Shown piece by piece: positions 25,189 to 38,825 of a stretch of DNA of 49,476 bases; within the stretch, counting starts at the first letter, position 1, and every line of letters begins with the position of its first letter. The notes below the pieces were generated by a model that was not told where the DNA came from, did not search any database, and was given only the letters and a program-made list of their open reading frames with translations. The stretch lies in NCBI RefSeq assembly GCF_001194135.2, contig NC_068981.1:66908417-66957892 (forward strand), read 5' to 3'. This DNA comes from Octopus bimaculoides. Taxonomy: Eukaryota. Both the position numbers and the translations under genes were made by a program.

Positions 25189-26199
25189 TGACTACAAACA
25201 CAATGATAAGAAAATCAATATCGATAACAACATTAAAAGTAACAGTAATAGTAACAGTACCCACAATAACAACGTACGTTAACGTCTCAGTTTACATTAC
25301 AAACAAGTTAGATAGCTTTAGTGTAAAAACAAACAAACTATAAAGAGACTCACACAATGTTATCTTTATTTTAGCGAGAAACTTTCAACTACCTTCGAGG
25401 CAGCCAGCGTAGATCTTGAAAAGGAAGCTATTCAATCTGAAGTAATTTCGTTTGATAATATTTGTGTAATCTCGCACCACCAACCAGAACACTATTCCAT
25501 ATAGAATAAATTCAATTTAATGAGTAGTTAATGGAAATGTCAACTAGAGCATTAATATTGATTTCTAAAATTGGTACAAGGGTTACAGAATTTGCAGGAG
25601 TGAACAGTCGATGGAAGAAATCGACCCTTTGTCTGTTATTTGTATTTACAATTGTGTGCCCTTTGAAGAATAACAAGCAAAGTCGACACTCGCCAGCAGA
25701 ATTTGAATTCAGGATGTATAGGGATGTTTCTAAATACTGTAATACTACAAGACCTTTTGAACGGTGTTCAATCGATTGTACCATTCACTAGTTTTAATTT
25801 GACTATATCATATAGTTGGTCAGAGTGTCCTGACAATCTTATAGAATGGACAACATATTCTAGATTATATCAATCATAATTCAAATAGTGTTGTTCAGTT
25901 GCTTAACAGAAGAAAAACATCAACTAAAGTATGCTCTCAGTGCCTCGAAAAAATCTATCTATATTTAATATTTGAAATGAGTCTCGTTTATACAGGACAA
26001 TAAGTAAATAAGTATGGACTTAGATAATCTGCTTTGAGCAACTCAATAGACTTTAAAGAGACAGTTTGACATCAGAAATATGAAAACAGGAAGTCACCAT
26101 AACTATATAAGTATTTAGTGTATATGTATGCATAAATACATATGTATGCGTGGGCTTGTGTATATGTTTAAATATAAGTTAACACACACACAAACGCAC

Positions 26200-26319
<120 letters not shown>

Positions 26320-26906
26320 CGTGAAAGTATGTTGTATTAGGAAGACAAACTTAGTTCAATCAGTTCATTCATACACACAGTATGACATCAGAAATAAGAC
26401 AGAGAAGTGGTGTCTCTCTGTCTAGTGGCTATGGCGAAAGAAGGCGTGTAGTGGACGAAGCTGAAAGGGCTGAGAACAGGCATCTTCCATCGACTTTTCA
26501 AGGTTCACTCGGAATGAAAAGTGAGGGTGTATCAGGAGGGTCTCTAATTTATCTAACGGGTAGTTACTGTACCAAAAATGGTTAGGAGGAATGGAGCCAC
26601 GCGTTTGTAGATTAGAGAACAACAGTTAGGCGAGGATCTGTGCCCATGGTCGTCAAAGTCATCTTGAACTTGTGGGGTTCCTTCACTGACACTAATTGGA
26701 GCTCTCATGTTTCATTCATGGGTTCACATATTTTGTACACTATATATAAATTTTAACTCATCTTCCCCCGCTTTTTCCTTCTCCCTCATCATATCATGTA
26801 ACCTCAACATAAATTGTAAATTTGTAATGTTCCCACATCTGATAACACGGTGGCAAATGAAATCATCGTTACCATGATGATGACGACAGCGGCGTCGACG
26901 ACGACG

Positions 26907-26943
<37 letters not shown>

Positions 26944-26980
26944 CGACGACGATGATGATGATGATGATCATCATTATTGT

Positions 26981-27115
26981 TAAGGTGGCGAGCTGACAGA
27001 GTCTGTAGCGATTCGGACAAAATGCTTAGCAGCAGTTCTCCCGACTGTTTACGTTCAAATTCTATTGAAGAGGACTTTACTTTTCATCCTTTCGGGGCCG
27101 ATGAAATAAGTACCA
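26981..27115 (+). mobile_element. Truncated tRNA-derived SINE preceded by (GAC)/(GAT)n
   Basis: taaggtggcgagctgacaga...cttttcatcctttcggggccgatgaaataagtacc. Confidence 0.75.
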
Positions 27116-27191
27116 ATAAGTCATCATAAAATTTTTATGTCTCTGTGTCAAAATCTGAAACCACAATTGTCATTATCATTATCATTATCAA

Positions 27192-27251
<60 letters not shown>

Positions 27252-29479
27252 GGCCGTCAGTCGGGCAAGTCACGCTTGATAGCTTGATATCAGTTCCTCA
27301 AATTTGTTTACAAACTATATTATTTACGCTGGAAATAACTGTTTTTCGTTTCATATATTTAATTGCGGAGAAGAAGAGATCCGCTATCAACAGGTGAGTT
27401 TATTTTTATTTAAAGTTTTCCCATTTCATGGGGGATTTGCCAATATCAATTTTACATCAGTTGGAAAATTTGTTTTTTTCCTTCAGTTTTAGTTGATGGA
27501 ATCAGTCGCGAGTGAAAAACACTAGTAAAAGAGATGCTGAGTTTGCAGAGAACAACAGTGTCGATATGAAAGAGAGTGAAAGTGGGAAGATAAGTAACGT
27601 CTATACTGTGTCAATATCGCCTTGATACAAAGCAAACGACAGCAGCAGCAACTGTAAAATCAACTGCAAGAACATGAACAGCAACAAGAGGAACAACAAT
27701 ATGAACAAGAACAGCATCAGCAATAACAGCAGCAACAACATCAACGAGAAAAACATAACCCTTAAGCAGCAACAAAAAAAAAACTGCAATAGGGACAAGA
27801 GAGCATCAGCAATAACAACAAAAGCGATAATAACATCAACAACAAGAACAGAAGTAACAGTAATGGCTACATGAAGAAACGAAAGCCGTTCGGTGGGACA
27901 AGGTTACAGAGGTACTAAGCGGCAACAAAGTTGCAATTTGATATTTGACGGATTGAGAGGGGCTACTACTACTCAAGGTATGGGTTCAAGTCCCGTAGCC
28001 ACCTTCTGGCAACTTTTTCCTGTTCTATAAGTGTAAATACTGTCTTTCTCCGCTGTCCTTACAACTTTACTGCGTTCGAAATTTACTTTCTTGTCTGAAA
28101 AAATACCATATATATATATATANNNNNNNNNNNNNNNNNNNNNNNNNNNNNNNNNNNNNNNNNNNNNNNNNNNNNNNNNNNNNNNNNNNNNNNNNNNNNN
28201 NNNNNNNNNNNNNNNNNNNNNNNNNNNNNNNNNNNNNNNNNNNNNNNNNNNNNNNNNNNNNNNNNNNNNNNNNNNNNNNNNNNNNNNNNNNNNNNNNNNN
28301 NNNNNNNNNNNNNNNNNNNNNNNNNNNNNNNNNNNNNNNNNNNNNNNNNNNNNNNNNNNNNNNNNNNNNNNNNNNNNNNNNNNNNNNNNNNNNNNNNNNN
28401 NNNNNNNNNNNNNNNNNNNNNNNNNNNNNNNNNNNNNNNNNNNNNNNNNNNNNNNNNNNNNNNNNNNNNNNNNNNNNNNNNNNNNNNNNNNNNNNNNNNN
28501 NNNNNNNNNNNNNNNNNNNNNNNNNNNNNNNNNNNNNNNNNNNNNNNNNNNNNNNNNNNNNNNNNNNNNNNNNNNNNNNNNNNNNNNNNNNNNNNNNNNN
28601 NNNNNNNNNNNNNNNNNNNNNNNNNNNNNNNNNNNNNNNNNNNNNNNNNNNNNNNNNNNNNNNNNNNNNNNNNNNNNNNNNNNNNNNNNNNNNNNNNNNN
28701 NNNNNNNNNNNNNNNNNNNNNNNNNNNNNNNNNNNNNNNNNNNNNNNNNNNNNNNNNNNNNNNNNNNNNNNNNNNNNNNNNNNNNNNNNNNNNNNNNNNN
28801 NNNNNNNNNNNNNNNNNNNNNNNNNNNNNNNNNNNNNNNNNNNNNNNNNNNNNNNNNNNNNNNNNNNNNTATATATATATATATATATATATATATTCGC
28901 ATGCGTGCTTGTTGTTGATCTAAATACATCGACGTTACAAATGTAAAATTTTTTATTAACCATTTCTCAATTTTTCATATGTTACTATTAGTTCTAAATA
29001 TTTTATTTCCAACATATTTCATATGTCCAGCGACCTTTCAAGAACTGCCAGTGCTTTCTGGTCTTATTGTCTATGTGCGGTTATTTTAGTGGCAGTTTTC
29101 ATTGATATTTTATTGCAAACAAGAATCATAGGAATTATGACTTTTCTGTACTAAATTTGTTAACGCTGGACTTAAAAGCTTTTGACCATTGACACGAGTA
29201 TACTTTCTGTAGTCATTTTGCTAAATTTACTGTGTTGTCTGATATTTGTTGATATTATTTAGCATCAGATCAACAAATCGTCTTTTTACAGATATATGTA
29301 TCTTGGACAACGTTGTAGAATGGGATTTTCTATTTTGTAAACGTAGTGTATGATCAGCGGATCTTGGTAGTTGTTGCGAGTCGAGTGACTACATAGCGGC
29401 ATCATCACTGGTTTCTCCTAATCTTAGTGTTTCTGCTACGTCACTCAGTGTAACAATTTCTATTTTTTGTTTTTGGATG

Positions 29480-29860
29480 TATGGAAGGATAGACACGATA
29501 TTTCTCAGCAGCAGAAGAAAACCGAATACCAGGACTTGGTCAACGAAGACTTTTGTCAAGAGATGGCACGAAGCTTCATTTCCTATTGAAGTCTGCTGCC
29601 GTGGCTTTCCGGCCCGATTTATGCTTTGTTTCGTGCAGAAGATTTGTCTGAAAGCTATAACTGAATAAAGTCACCAAGGAGATAGACACCGCAGCTGAAA
29701 CGAGTTCAAGGTGGCTATCGCTGAAAACAGATCGTAAGTGGAACTCTTCCAAAAGTGAAGACTAATTTAGACCTCGTGGCGCTACTCAGGCAAAGTGTAT
29801 AGATTAAGGGGCGAAATACGTGCGACCACATGATACCTACTGACGATACAAAATGGTTTC
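29480..29860 (+). mobile_element. HERO-like (R2 group, restriction-like endonuclease) non-LTR retrotransposon 3' end remnant
   Basis: Frameshifted KKTEYQDLVNE / FPIEVCCRGFPA / AAETSSRWLSLK match the RLE C-terminal motifs K..KY..L, P.EVGCRGF and AAE..S.WLW.K. Confidence 0.7.
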
Positions 29861-31453
29861 CAGTATTGCGATGGATTTAGAAGAGCTTGCAAAACTTCTG
29901 AGTATTTCTAGCGCTTCGTGCCTGGAGCAAAGCATCTATGATGTTTATTTCACCCACTTGATCAACTATTATTATTACTATTATTACTCAACTCAGGAGA
30001 GGATTTTCTGTTCACTGCTACTGTGCTGACCAACAGGCTATTTTGTAAGTTATATTTCAAGAAAACCACATTGATGTTATTAGAATGGACAAGACGCGTG
30101 AAACTGAGGATCTTCTAAAGTTAATAGCATGTGGGGATTGAGATTACTGGTGCAACAGATTTCAGTTGCGACCACTTCAAGTAAAGTCTAAGATAAGTTA
30201 GCAACTAATGTTTTTTCTATACAACCCGGGTTTGAGATGTGAAATAAAAACGTGTTTTAACGGTTTCTTACTGTTGATGAAAGATGAAATAGTATTATTA
30301 TTAGTGGTGGTGGTGGCGGTCGTCGTCGTCGTAGTAGTAGTAGAGGTAGCAACAGCAGTAGCTGTGGCAGTAGTAATATTTAGTTTAGCTCACAGTCGAC
30401 CTTGCTGAGTAGACCTTTAAAAATATTCCAACCGTGACATCACGTTTTTTTGTTCTACTATGATTATATTATCTAACTGTTTCTTTAGCTTTGATTTTAT
30501 TGCCCATATTTCTTCTAGTTCTTAAGATGGCAAGGTATGATTTTGCTTGCTATTTCTTGTCTTCTGTACTGTTGGTAACAAGTCTTAGATCAGCCGTCAT
30601 GGAGAATACCTATGAAGAAAAGTGTTCCAGGTATGACGATCACATCTTTCAATACATCTATGGATAACATTGGCCATCATGTTCTTCATTATTAATTCAA
30701 GATGATGGGATGTGATTTTAAAAGTGTTTCTTTGTTATATAAAGAAAACAAAACAACCGCGTAGTGGCTAGCTTGCTGGTTCGTATGTGCATTGTATGTC
30801 GAATGTAACAATTCGAAGTTCACATGTTTCATTTTTAGATCTATGTGACATTTGTCATCAGAAATCTGTTTAATGACATGCGGCTTGTGGTTTAATGAGG
30901 TTATTAATTTGTGTGTTATATCGTTTATCTTAGTTTATGGCTAACTGTAATCCATATTGTGTTCTGTTCAACGTCGCCTTGAAAATAAGGTATTCATCTA
31001 TTCTATAGCTACGGTACATTTCCTTCATGTAATGCATTTTATGTGTGGTTGCATTCCGTTTTATTTAGGGATTGTTTCTAATGAATTTATTGAGTATAGT
31101 TGTGTGGCATAACCGTTATGGAGTAGCGTTTGTTTTATGCGATTAATCTCGTCTTTTCTTTGTGGTGCCTCTTTTGTGAAGAACATTTTCAAGGCTCTCG
31201 CATGTAAAGATTTTATAACTGATGTTTTATATCTATGTCGATAATATTCAATATCTCAAATCCTACAGAAATATTTATTGGTGTGTTTAATGTTTAATGA
31301 TGCAATGTGCATGTTTTGTTGTTTCTTTCTCTCTCTTTCTCTCTTTCACTCTCTCTCATACACACACACACACAAACACACGGACACATACACGTATGTA
31401 TATTTAATGTATATATATTACATATATAAACATATATGCATATACATGTATAT

Positions 31454-31548
<95 letters not shown>

Positions 31549-31649
31549 GTACATACAGATATATGTTTACACACATGCACACATACACACACAATATGTA
31601 TATATGTTTACATACATGCACACATATACACACACAATGTGTTATTACT

Positions 31650-31900
31650 CATTCGAGTCATAACAAGGGCAGAGCTTTCGTTGCAAGGTCATTGCCAAAT
31701 TCAATCTCAAGACTCTCCAGCCTCACAAAACTGAAGGAAAAAGGGGGTAAGCGATTCGGGAGAGACGTTAGAGGTTGAAGATCTGCAGTCGTCTGGAGAG
31801 AATGCTAGTGTTCATGTCAATGTTCAGTTGACGCTTGAGGTTCTGTTTCCCCACAGATGCCTTCTCACAAGGTCTTTAAACAAAAACCTAAAAAACACCA
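31650..31900 (+). mobile_element. Possible RTE-clade LINE RT remnant
   Basis: Degenerate FNLKTLQPHKT...AIRE...DAFSQGL resembles RTE FNLRRLQAHTK...IRELLFADD; many stops. Confidence 0.3.
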
Positions 31901-32072
31901 CAGGGCAATCGTATGAATAACACTGTAACTTTTCCACAAAATATGTAGGGGCTGGTTTAATTAAGATCACAAGATGGTCCATAAGTTGCTGGCTGAGACG
32001 AGTCCTGGCGACCGTCCAGCATTTGTAAGGTAAATCTTGTGCAAATTTTTAAGACATTATGCTTAGAAATAT

Positions 32073-32133
<61 letters not shown>

Positions 32134-32601
32134 TACACACACATAAAGATTTACTTTTCGTAATGAGATAAAAAAACCAAGCCTGTGTACACATAATACT
32201 ATACATACACAAACACACACATATATATCTATATATACATATATAGATATAAATGTAATATATATATTTCTATCTATCTATCTATCTATCTATCTCTCTA
32301 TCTATCTCTCTATCTATCTAATCTATCTATCTATATACATGTGTAGGTAAGCATATATATATATATGTATGTATATAAAAAGTATGGGGGTTTTGTTCAC
32401 AGGTGATCTAAACGATTAGGTACACTAGGTAAGTGCTGTAACGGATTACTAAGGCTCCAATGTTATAGCCGTGACAGTAGTTATGGAGCCATTGCAGTTT
32501 TCCGATATAGCAGATATATACTTGTTAAAGAAGACAACAAACGTTAAGGCAAGGCAAACATCTCAAGTTATATACATTATTATTATTGGAAAAAATTGAA
32601 A

Positions 32602-32657
32602 GTCTTACGGCTGTTTCTGGGATATCCCAGAGTATGGGATATTCCGTCGTCGGAGAC
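32602..32657 (-). ncRNA. Type I hammerhead motif, one core substitution
   Basis: Minus strand: GTCT-CCGACGA-CGGAATATCCCA[TACTC]TGGGATATCCCA-GAAAC-AGCC-GTA-AGAC. Helix I is perfect, U4 is replaced by C, and the helix III style matches the 3065 motif. Confidence 0.6.
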
Positions 32658-33250
32658 AAATAGGGAAAATGAGAAGGTTATAGATTAATGAAATAACAAC
32701 ATAGAGGATAGGAGTAACGGAATAAGGAGATTGAAGAAAGAGAAGAAAAAAGAAGCATAACAATTCACAGTTCAACTTTCCGATGTTGTAAAATAAGTGC
32801 ATAAGTCTTTAGGTGCAATCCTGCGTAAATCCATGTGGGTTAAAGTCCTGATATTGTAAACATCCAGAAAAAAGACGCGAACATATCAACGTTCAATAAC
32901 AGAATGTGGGTATCAAGTGGTAAAAAAGAAAGAAAAGCAAATAAATAGAAAGAGAGGTAGACAGAATGAGGGGGGGAGTTAAGGACTGGTGTTACAGATG
33001 AAGTAAGGTATATAAATATATTGTGCTTAAGAATATAGTGTTCAAAGATATCCAAGAAGATAAGAGAGAGGAGGAGGTAGAGGTAGATAATGTGAAAAGA
33101 TAAAACAAAATAGAGCAAAATGAAAGGGATTTAAAGAGAATAGTAGGTGCCAGTGGTATTCTTCAAGTCTATAGGGGTTGAGGAGGAAATCTAATAGTAA
33201 ATGATTGTGCCCGTTCTTGCAAATGTTAGTAGCTGTAGAGTTATTATTAG
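32658..33250 (-). mobile_element. Pyrimidine-rich PLE pLTR-like sequence upstream of the hammerhead
   Basis: Adjacent to the HHR motif; a degenerate TL.PHG-like ORF end (actttaacccacatgga) lies near 32835-32850. Confidence 0.3.
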
Positions 33251-33379
33251 CAATAGGGTAATGGGTGTGTAGGTAGTCGTGAATGGAGAAACTAGTTGAA
33301 TGTTAAATTATTTTGGAATAGGAGTTAGTATTAAATATTAGAGGATTTATTAAGTTAAGGTTTATTATCGCCGTCATTT

Positions 33380-33750
33380 CTAGTATCACTATCAATGCCA
33401 GCATTACCATTTTTATTATTATCGTCATTACTGTTATCGGCATCGCTGTTATAATAATAATAATTATTATTATTAGTAGTAGTAGCATTAGGAGTAGAAG
33501 TAGTATTACTAATAATAGTAGTAGTAGCAGTAGTAGTAGCGGCAGCAGCAGCGGCAGTAGTATCATTATTGGTAGTAGTGTTAGTATTAACAGTGGTAGT
33601 GAAGGTGATATTAGTGATGTTATTATTGCCGTGATGTTATCATAGCAACTATGAATTTGTGGTAGGAGTGTTAGTAGTAGTATTATTTTCAGTAATGGTA
33701 GTATTGCTGTTGGTGCTAGTATTAATATTATTACTAGTTTTATTAGCTGT
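33380..33750. repeat. Low-complexity (TAG/TAT/CAG)n trinucleotide region
   Basis: Direct reading; it explains the 207-aa I/L-rich ORF. Confidence 0.85.
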
Positions 33751-35585
33751 TTATAGCTATATGTGTATGTGTGTGTGTGTGTGTTTATGAGTGTGAGTAA
33801 GTATTGAATCTCTAAAATAATTTTCGGATTGCAATCCCTGCGAGAAAAAGACAAGGACAAAAACAAAGCGACAACATGCTGCCCAAACAAGCTAATCTTT
33901 TTGATTTCGATCTTGTTGAGTTTCATTCAGCATTTTTGTTTCCCGGCTACTTTTGTTCTTTCAATTGCAGCCATAACACAATATAAATCGTTCAAAGGTG
34001 TAGATTCCACGATTAGGAACAATACATAACGTGCCATATATCTTAGTTATTTATTAATTCTATATACGTAAATGTTTGCAGAAAATTAATTTTGGCATCA
34101 CAAACGATTGAGAAAAACCTTCTGGTTTATCAAAAACAAAGTAGTTATATTTTCTAAAAACTTCCTTTCCTCAGATCCAGACTATAATTCATAGAAATTC
34201 CCCTATTATATAAGAGACGATTGCCAAACTTCGTCATTTTATATTATTGTGAGATGAATTTGCTTTCGTTGTTTGAAAATTCTGTACATACATCCATAAT
34301 GTGCTTAGAAAAGACAAGATTTCTTTATTCAGCCTCTTCTAAATTCTTCCTAAGATCTACTATTGCACACATCTAGTGTAAATTGTCGTTGCAAAAGTTA
34401 TATGATTTTGGTAAGTAAAGCAAGCCACTTAATGGTGAATATATTGTTTTGTGTGGTGACCTTTAATGTTCAGTAGACTTTCGTATAACATCCACAATAC
34501 GGAGCCAGTATCAGAATTTCGCCCGAATAGAACAATTGGAAATTCTGGAATAGGTTTAAATATTGAAATTTCTTTCCACAATCTTATCCTTAGTTATGCC
34601 ATGATTCCATTAGCTATAGTGACTAGAGATTTACCAATTTATCTTTTACTTAAATAGACTGAATCAGCGAGACCGATTATTGACACGTCGCAGCGCCAGT
34701 GAGGAATGAAGTAAATAAGGAAATATTATTTATTTATCTATTGGTTCATTTCAATAACTTGTATATCCTTGTAGCTCTATGTTTGGGTGTTGATTTTTTT
34801 TATCTGTTCCTCCCAGATTGTCATGATTAGCGATGTCTTTTGGTTTTCAACAAAAAGTTTTATATTTCCAAGATTATATTACTCCACGCATTTCTCCCAA
34901 CTATATTAAGGTAAGTGTCTTTCTTACAACATGGCAAAATATTTTTATTTGATTACCAGCAAAAAATCGGAGAATATAAAAAATAATACAAAGAACTCTA
35001 TGATTTTCGAATGCGGACTAACTATATTTTCTGAATTCCAAAAGAAATACAATGAGAAAAATAGGGGAAAAAATATATATAAATAATTATAAATATTTTT
35101 CATCTGCTACAAAGTTACATTAAAGAATTCTGTTATTTTCAGTGAAATATAAATAACAATAGGTCTATATTCACCGGCGTCGAAGGATATTCTTTATATA
35201 TATGATTAGATCAAATTACAAAATAGATTTGTGGAAGCAAATGTATATGATCTGCCTTCTTTCGATTTTCTTTCTCCATTGCTCTCTCCATATATATATA
35301 TATATATATATANNNNNNNNNNNNNNNNNNNNNNNNNNNNNNNNNNNNNNNNNNNNNNNNNNNNNNNNNNNNNNNNNNNNNNNNNNNNNNNNNNNNNNNN
35401 NNNNNNNNNNNNNNNNNNNNNNNNNNNNNNNNNNNNNNNNNNNNNNNNNNNNNNNNNNNNNNNNNNNNNNNNNNNNNNNNNNNNNNNNNNNNNNNNNNNN
35501 NNNNNNNNNNNNNNNNNNNNNNNNNNNNNNNNNNNNNNNNNNNNNNNNNNNNNNNNNNNNNNNNNNNNNNNNNNNNNNNNNNNNN

Positions 35586-35621
<36 letters not shown>

Positions 35622-35944
35622 ATACATACATGCATATACATAGATATATATATATAGATGGAAAGATATGTATGTATAAATATATTTGTATATGTGTGTA
35701 TATTCATATAGATATGCAGACATATTCATATATACATATTTTACACATTCTACACATTTTACACGTGCATATATCAGTGAACATGTACGCATATGTATTC
35801 TACGCAAGCACAGACATTCATGTATAAATATATAACCAGATATAACCGTAAGTATATATCTACAAAAAAAGAAATACACATACCATTGCTCCTTATAAAT
35901 TCTCCAGTCGAAGGCATGTCAGGCACACACACATGTATAGACGC

Positions 35945-36300
35945 ATGGGTGTGTAGTTCAGAAGCTTGCTCTACTGTCATGTGGTTTCGGGCTCGGTTCC
36001 ACTGTGTGGAATTTTAAGCAAGGTATTATAGCCACAGGCTGATTTATACTTTGTGAGTGTTTGTTTCCTAATGTGCGCGTAATTTCCCGGTTCGACAAAA
36101 GAAATCAATAGAGTAAGTATCTGACATAAAACAAAGACAGCTAGTACTGGGGTTGATCTTTTGATCAAACGCTTTAAAGCGCTGTCCAAGTATGGTCGCA
36201 GTCCAATGACCGAAAAAAGTAAATGATAAATGGCAAAAATATAGGTCCCACCCATGCCAGCACGGAAGGGGGATGTTAACCGATAATGATGATAATGATA
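35945..36300. mobile_element. Composite of degenerate SINE fragments
   Basis: tRNA-like head at ~35945-36060, inverted gcggccatgct-family fragment at ~36095-36230, and tail cccacccatgccagcacggaa...gatgat. Confidence 0.5.
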
Positions 36301-36368
36301 TCCATACAGATAGTCACACAGACTATTTTATCGTGCACTTGTATGTATGCATATATGTACAGAGAGAG

Positions 36369-36404
<36 letters not shown>

Positions 36405-36782
36405 NNNNNNNNNNNNNNNNNNNNNNNNNNNNNNNNNNNNNNNNNNNNNNNNNNNNNNNNNNNNNNNNNNNNNNNNNNNNNNNNNNNNNNNNNNNNNNNN
36501 NNNNNNNNNNNNNNNNNNNNNNNNNNNNNNNNNNNNNNNNNNNNNNNNNNNNNNNNNNNNNNNNNNNNNNNNNNNNNNNNNNNNNNNNNNNNNNNNNNNN
36601 NNNNNNNNNNNNNNNNNNNNNNNNNNNNNNNNNNNNNNNNNNNNNNNNNNNNNNNNNNNNNNNNNNNNNNNNNNNNNNNNNNNNNNNNNNNNNNNNNNNN
36701 NNNNNNNNNNNNNNNNNNNNNNNNNNNNNNNNNNNNNNNNNNNNNNNNNNNNNNNNNNNNTATATATATATATATATATATA

Positions 36783-37038
36783 TTTAACGGGCAAGTATCT
36801 GAGCACTCTACAAACACGCGCACCCTTAACGTAGTTCTCAGGGAGATTCCGCATCACACACAATGTGACAAGCTAGGCCCTTTGAATTACAAGTATAACA
36901 CATTTTTCTCAGCTGCGTAGACTGGAGCAATGTGAAATAAAGTGTCTTGCTCAAGTGCACAATGCACCACCAGGAATCGAACTCACGATGTTTTGATCGT
37001 GAGCTGAATACCCTAACCACTTAGCCACTCGCTTTCAC
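36783..37038 (-). mobile_element. tRNA-derived SINE
   Basis: Minus-strand A box TGGCTAAGTGG and B box GTTCGATTCC, followed by cttgagcaagacactttatttcac. Confidence 0.85.
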
Positions 37039-37224
37039 CATGATCATATAGTTATATATTAATAAAACAAATTTGCATAGAGTACAAAATATACAGAAAG
37101 CTAAGGGGAGAAGACATGTTATCCAGGTACCACAGCTGCCTATGGGGATTCGGAATTGCGTATTAGTCGTAATGTTGGCAGATCTGACTCTCTCTTCCCC
37201 TCTCTCTCTTTCTCTCTCTGTATA

Positions 37225-38823
37225 TATATTCTTTTATCCATTTCGGCCATGTGGATGCGGTCATGTACCACCATGATTTTGTACTTTTTCATATTCTTCT
37301 TTGGCTGATTTCTTCAGGGTGGTGGTATTTCATATCATCACTCCTGTACGTACTTTTTCCTTGGTTGTTGGCCCATTTGGTGTATGAGGAAGTTTGACAT
37401 TGTACTCATGCCGGGCCATTGGTTTCTCTTGTAGAGAGAATATATCCAGTGTCATTTTTGAAGACATCCACTTCTACATTGTGTAGATTTCTTAATTTTG
37501 TTTTTTCACGGCGTTGAAGAGCTGTGGGCCTTGGAGCTCTAAGCTGTTGCAGTACCTGGTCCTGACTTTAATGGGTACAATACAATGGTACAATACAATG
37601 ACATCCAGTTCGGGCATTTATATAACACTCAATCCTGAAATTAGGTAGTAGCCCTTCTATAATTTTCCATATGTAGATTATTACATATCTGTCACACCTT
37701 CGCTCCAGCGAGTAAAGTCGTAGTTTTTGTAACCTTTCCCTGTAGTTAATATGTTGCACTGTTACAATATTTTTAGCGTAGTGACGTTGGATTGCTTCAA
37801 GCTCCGTTGTTTGATACTATGCGGTGATCACAGCTGAGAGCAGTAGTCCAGGCGTCTGAGAACAAAGATCCTCCACAGAGTCAATATGACTTCTTGATCT
37901 CTTATCTTGAAGGAGCCTAGTTGCCATCCTATCAGTTGCCTCTACTTCGTTGACATCTTGGTAATGTGCATATGAGATGTTGTTGTTGCTGTTGGCACTC
38001 CGTCGCTTACGACGTCGAGGGTTCCAGTTGATCCGATCAACGGAACAGCCTGCTCGTGAAATTAAAGTGCAAGTGGCTGAGCACTCCACAGACACGTGTA
38101 CCTTTAACGTAGTTCTCGGGGATATTCAGCGTGACACAGTGTGACAAGGCTGACCCTTTGAATTACAGGCACAACAGAAACAGGAAGTAAGAGTGAGAGA
38201 AAGTTGTGGCGAAAGAGTACAGCAGGGTTCGCCACCATCCCCTGCCGGAGCCTCGTGGAGCTTTTGGTGTTTTCGCTCAATAAACACTCCCAATGCCCGG
38301 TCTGGGAATCGAAACCGCGATCCTATGACCGCGAGTTCGCTGCCCTAACCACTGGGCCATTGTGCCTCCACGGATATGAGATGATGCACATAATAATTCC
38401 CAGGTCTTTTACTGTCTGTGACTGTGTGATTGCAGTGCCTCCGGGTCCTGTATATGCTGGCTGCGGTGCATTTGTGAGTTGAAAGTGCAGTGCTTGAAAT
38501 TTTCTAGCATTACACTGCATGTTGTTTTTTTCAGCTCACTTGTGTATTGCATTTAGATCCTGGTGGTTTCTTTGTTACTTGTGATGATTTTCTATGTCGG
38601 CGTAGCGAATGACAGTAACTGTCTGAGTAACTATGGGCATGTTTAGGAGAACTATTATAAACAGTAATGACTCTCCTAACAGTAATTATAAACAGTAATG
38701 GTCCCCAGACAGTTCCTTGGGAAACGCCACTCAGGATTTGTCCTTTATCAGAGAGGGCACCATTGGCTGAAGCTGCCTCACTTCTGTCTGTTAGGAAGTC
38801 ATGTTGCCACTCTCCCAGTTTAC
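37225..38823 (-). mobile_element. CR1/L2-group LINE reverse transcriptase remnant, split by a SINE
   Basis: Minus-strand motifs in correct order: GVSQGTVWGPLLF, RYAD, NARKFQALHF, VKDLGIIM, FKIRDQEVILTLWRIFVLRRLDYCSQL, YRERLQKLRLYSLERR, GPQLFNAV. Frameshifts and stops are present. Confidence 0.9.
37980..38373 (-). mobile_element. Full-length young tRNA-derived SINE with (AAC)n tail and 10-bp TSD
   Basis: Head gtggaggcacaatggcccagtggttagggc...ggtttcgattccc; TSD ATATGAGATG at 37970-37979 and 38374-38383. Confidence 0.92.
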
Positions 38824-38825
38824 TA

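Noticed and set aside
26400-26720. Possible RTE RT fragment
   Set aside because: Weak motif resemblance could be argued on either strand, so it is not diagnostic.
29800-29860. GAAA...CTGACGA in the HERO-like 3' UTR as a permuted hammerhead
   Set aside because: No helix I or closing helix II could be formed.
32403-32428. 26-nt AG/GTAAGT-bounded micro-exon; also an isolated CAG/GTGAGT donor at ~27391
   Set aside because: Such signals arise by chance in 50 kb; the polypyrimidine tract is weak and there is no supporting frame.
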